A stretch of 64,000 bases of DNA from an uncultured Thermomicrobiales bacterium. Lineage in GTDB: Bacteria > Chloroflexota > Chloroflexia > Thermomicrobiales > UBA6265. Below the pieces are notes generated by a model, which searched no databases, was not told the DNA's origin, and saw only the letters and a list, made by a program, of their open reading frames with translations. The stretch is from assembly GCA_902806345.1 (NCBI GenBank), contig CADCWF010000276.1, positions 596 to 64,595 of the forward strand, read 5' to 3'. This document shows positions 63,270-64,000 of this stretch, piece by piece. The position numbers and the translations under genes are program-made. Position 1 is the stretch's first letter. Each line of letters starts with the position of its first letter.

Positions 63270-63573
63270 GCACGGGATCGGTTGCGACAGATGGGGGGCA
63301 TGGCGCTGCGTCGCCGCGACGCACCCCGCCACTGGCGACGTCCGAGACGTGGACCTGGGAGTCGCGGTCGAGCTGGTCCGCGACCGGCAAACCAGGGAGG
63401 CGGCGCCGGACACCCTGGATCGGGTGCTCGACGGGGCCAAGGAGCGCGGCATGGTTGTCGGCCATGGAGGCCTCTTCGCCAACACGCCACCGATCTGCCC
63501 GCCGCTGGTCGACTCCGAGGATGACGTCGACACGGCGGTGGCGATTCTGGACGAGACGCCGGCGGCGACGTGA
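63270..63573 (+). pseudogene. 3-prime remnant of a class III (acetylornithine/GABA-type) aminotransferase
   Basis: ...AATHPATGDVRDVDLGVAVELVRDRQTREAAPDTLDRVLDGAKERGMVVGHGGLFANTPPICPPLVDSEDDVDTAVAILDE matches only the C-terminal ~90 aa of the family. The upstream side is REP sequence. Confidence 0.6.
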
Positions 63574-63650
63574 GACAGCACGGGTGGTGCGCCAGGCCTG
63601 CTGGCCGCGCCTTACCCGCACCCCGCGAGAGGCGGTCCGGCGGCTTCGCC

Positions 63651-63704
63651 GCCGAGCCCGGCGCTCAAGCACCGGGCTGAAGCCACGAAGCCCGCTGAAG
63701 CGGG
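63651..63704 (+). repeat. 53-nt repeat unit, copy 2
   Basis: gccgagcccggcgctcaagcaccgggctgaagccacgaagcccgctgaagcggg. See copy 1 at 51238. Confidence 0.7.
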
Positions 63705-63837
63705 CTGAGCCGGTCGGCGTTGAGGCTCACCTACTGACCGGCAGCGGGCTTTTCCCGTCCGTCGCGTCGGTCGATCGCGTCGCGACGCCCCTTGTGACCT
63801 GCCCCCTTGGTGTGGTCCAGGAATCATGAGGGGCACG

Positions 63838-64000
63838 TCATTCGACCAACCGCGCCGCCATCATCAAAAGGTAGGCCATCGTGTCGTTGGAGCCGACGAA
63901 CTGGCGCAGCGCCGAGACCATCTGGGCGACGTTGGCGGGCGCCTCGGCGATCAGGTCGTCGTAGGTCTGCTCGGTGGCACGGTCCAACTGCCAGGTGTCG
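63838..64000 (-). CDS. 3-prime end of a gene continuing beyond the window, function unknown
   Basis: A high-GC3 minus-strand frame reads ...DTWQLDRATEQTYDDLIAEAPANVAQMVSALRQFVGSNDTMAYLLMMAARLVE-stop (stop at 63838-63840). Not in the track because no start lies in the window. Confidence 0.4.
   Translation of the reverse strand, partial: DTWQLDRATEQTYDDLIAEAPANVAQMVSALRQFVGSNDTMAYLLMMAARLVE

Overview
This is a 64 kb, roughly 70% GC chromosomal segment from a high-GC bacterium. The gene content and the GGGAGAGGGGG-type intergenic hairpins suggest Chloroflexota/Thermomicrobia or Actinobacteria, but taxonomy cannot be settled from sequence alone. I support about 60 genes. Most long ORFs in the supplied track are GC-driven shadow ORFs antisense to, or out of frame with, the real genes.

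Real content, in order:
- A sugar ABC transporter operon (280-5169).
- A GntR-controlled sugar-acid module: ribose-type ABC transporter plus an enolase-superfamily dehydratase (5773-11186), with a divergent SDR.
- A decayed BrnT / intact BrnA toxin-antitoxin pair.
- A CrtI-like FAD oxidoreductase and a cupin.
- A second sugar ABC operon (15951-19406), followed by three translationally coupled mini-ORFs.
- Two RraA-like paralogs, each beside a large STAND-ATPase transcription factor and Tat-exported cupin/cupredoxin/rhodanese proteins (19648-30657).
- Gfo/Idh/MocA and ROK kinase genes.
- An IS5-family relic.
- A selenocysteine-containing formate dehydrogenase operon (fdnG-like with in-frame TGA and SECIS, fdnH-like, NrfD-type anchor, fdhE; 35951-42925).
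- higBA.
- A MarR/MBL/DUF5996-like/LtrA cluster.
- PIG-L deacetylase, tRNA-Cys and Nudix genes.
- An ATP-grasp ligase preceded by an 82-aa ORF.
- A NarL-type response regulator, and a TetR/DUF2269 divergon.
- A broken LLM oxidoreductase and a secreted HExxH protein.
- An ElaB-like/holin-X/DUF3618 membrane triad.
- Gluconolactonase, DinB and gene fragments.

The most interesting candidate is a DsbD/CcdA-superfamily membrane protein (53219-53869, minus strand). Its two halves are joined by a single in-frame TGA in predicted TM1, followed by a hairpin with the same GGUC loop as the fdnG SECIS. This makes it a possible membrane selenoprotein, with a Trp-to-stop pseudogene as the alternative.

Several families of REP/MITE-like hairpin repeats fill the larger intergenic gaps. 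No CRISPR array, rRNA or intact mobile element was seen.
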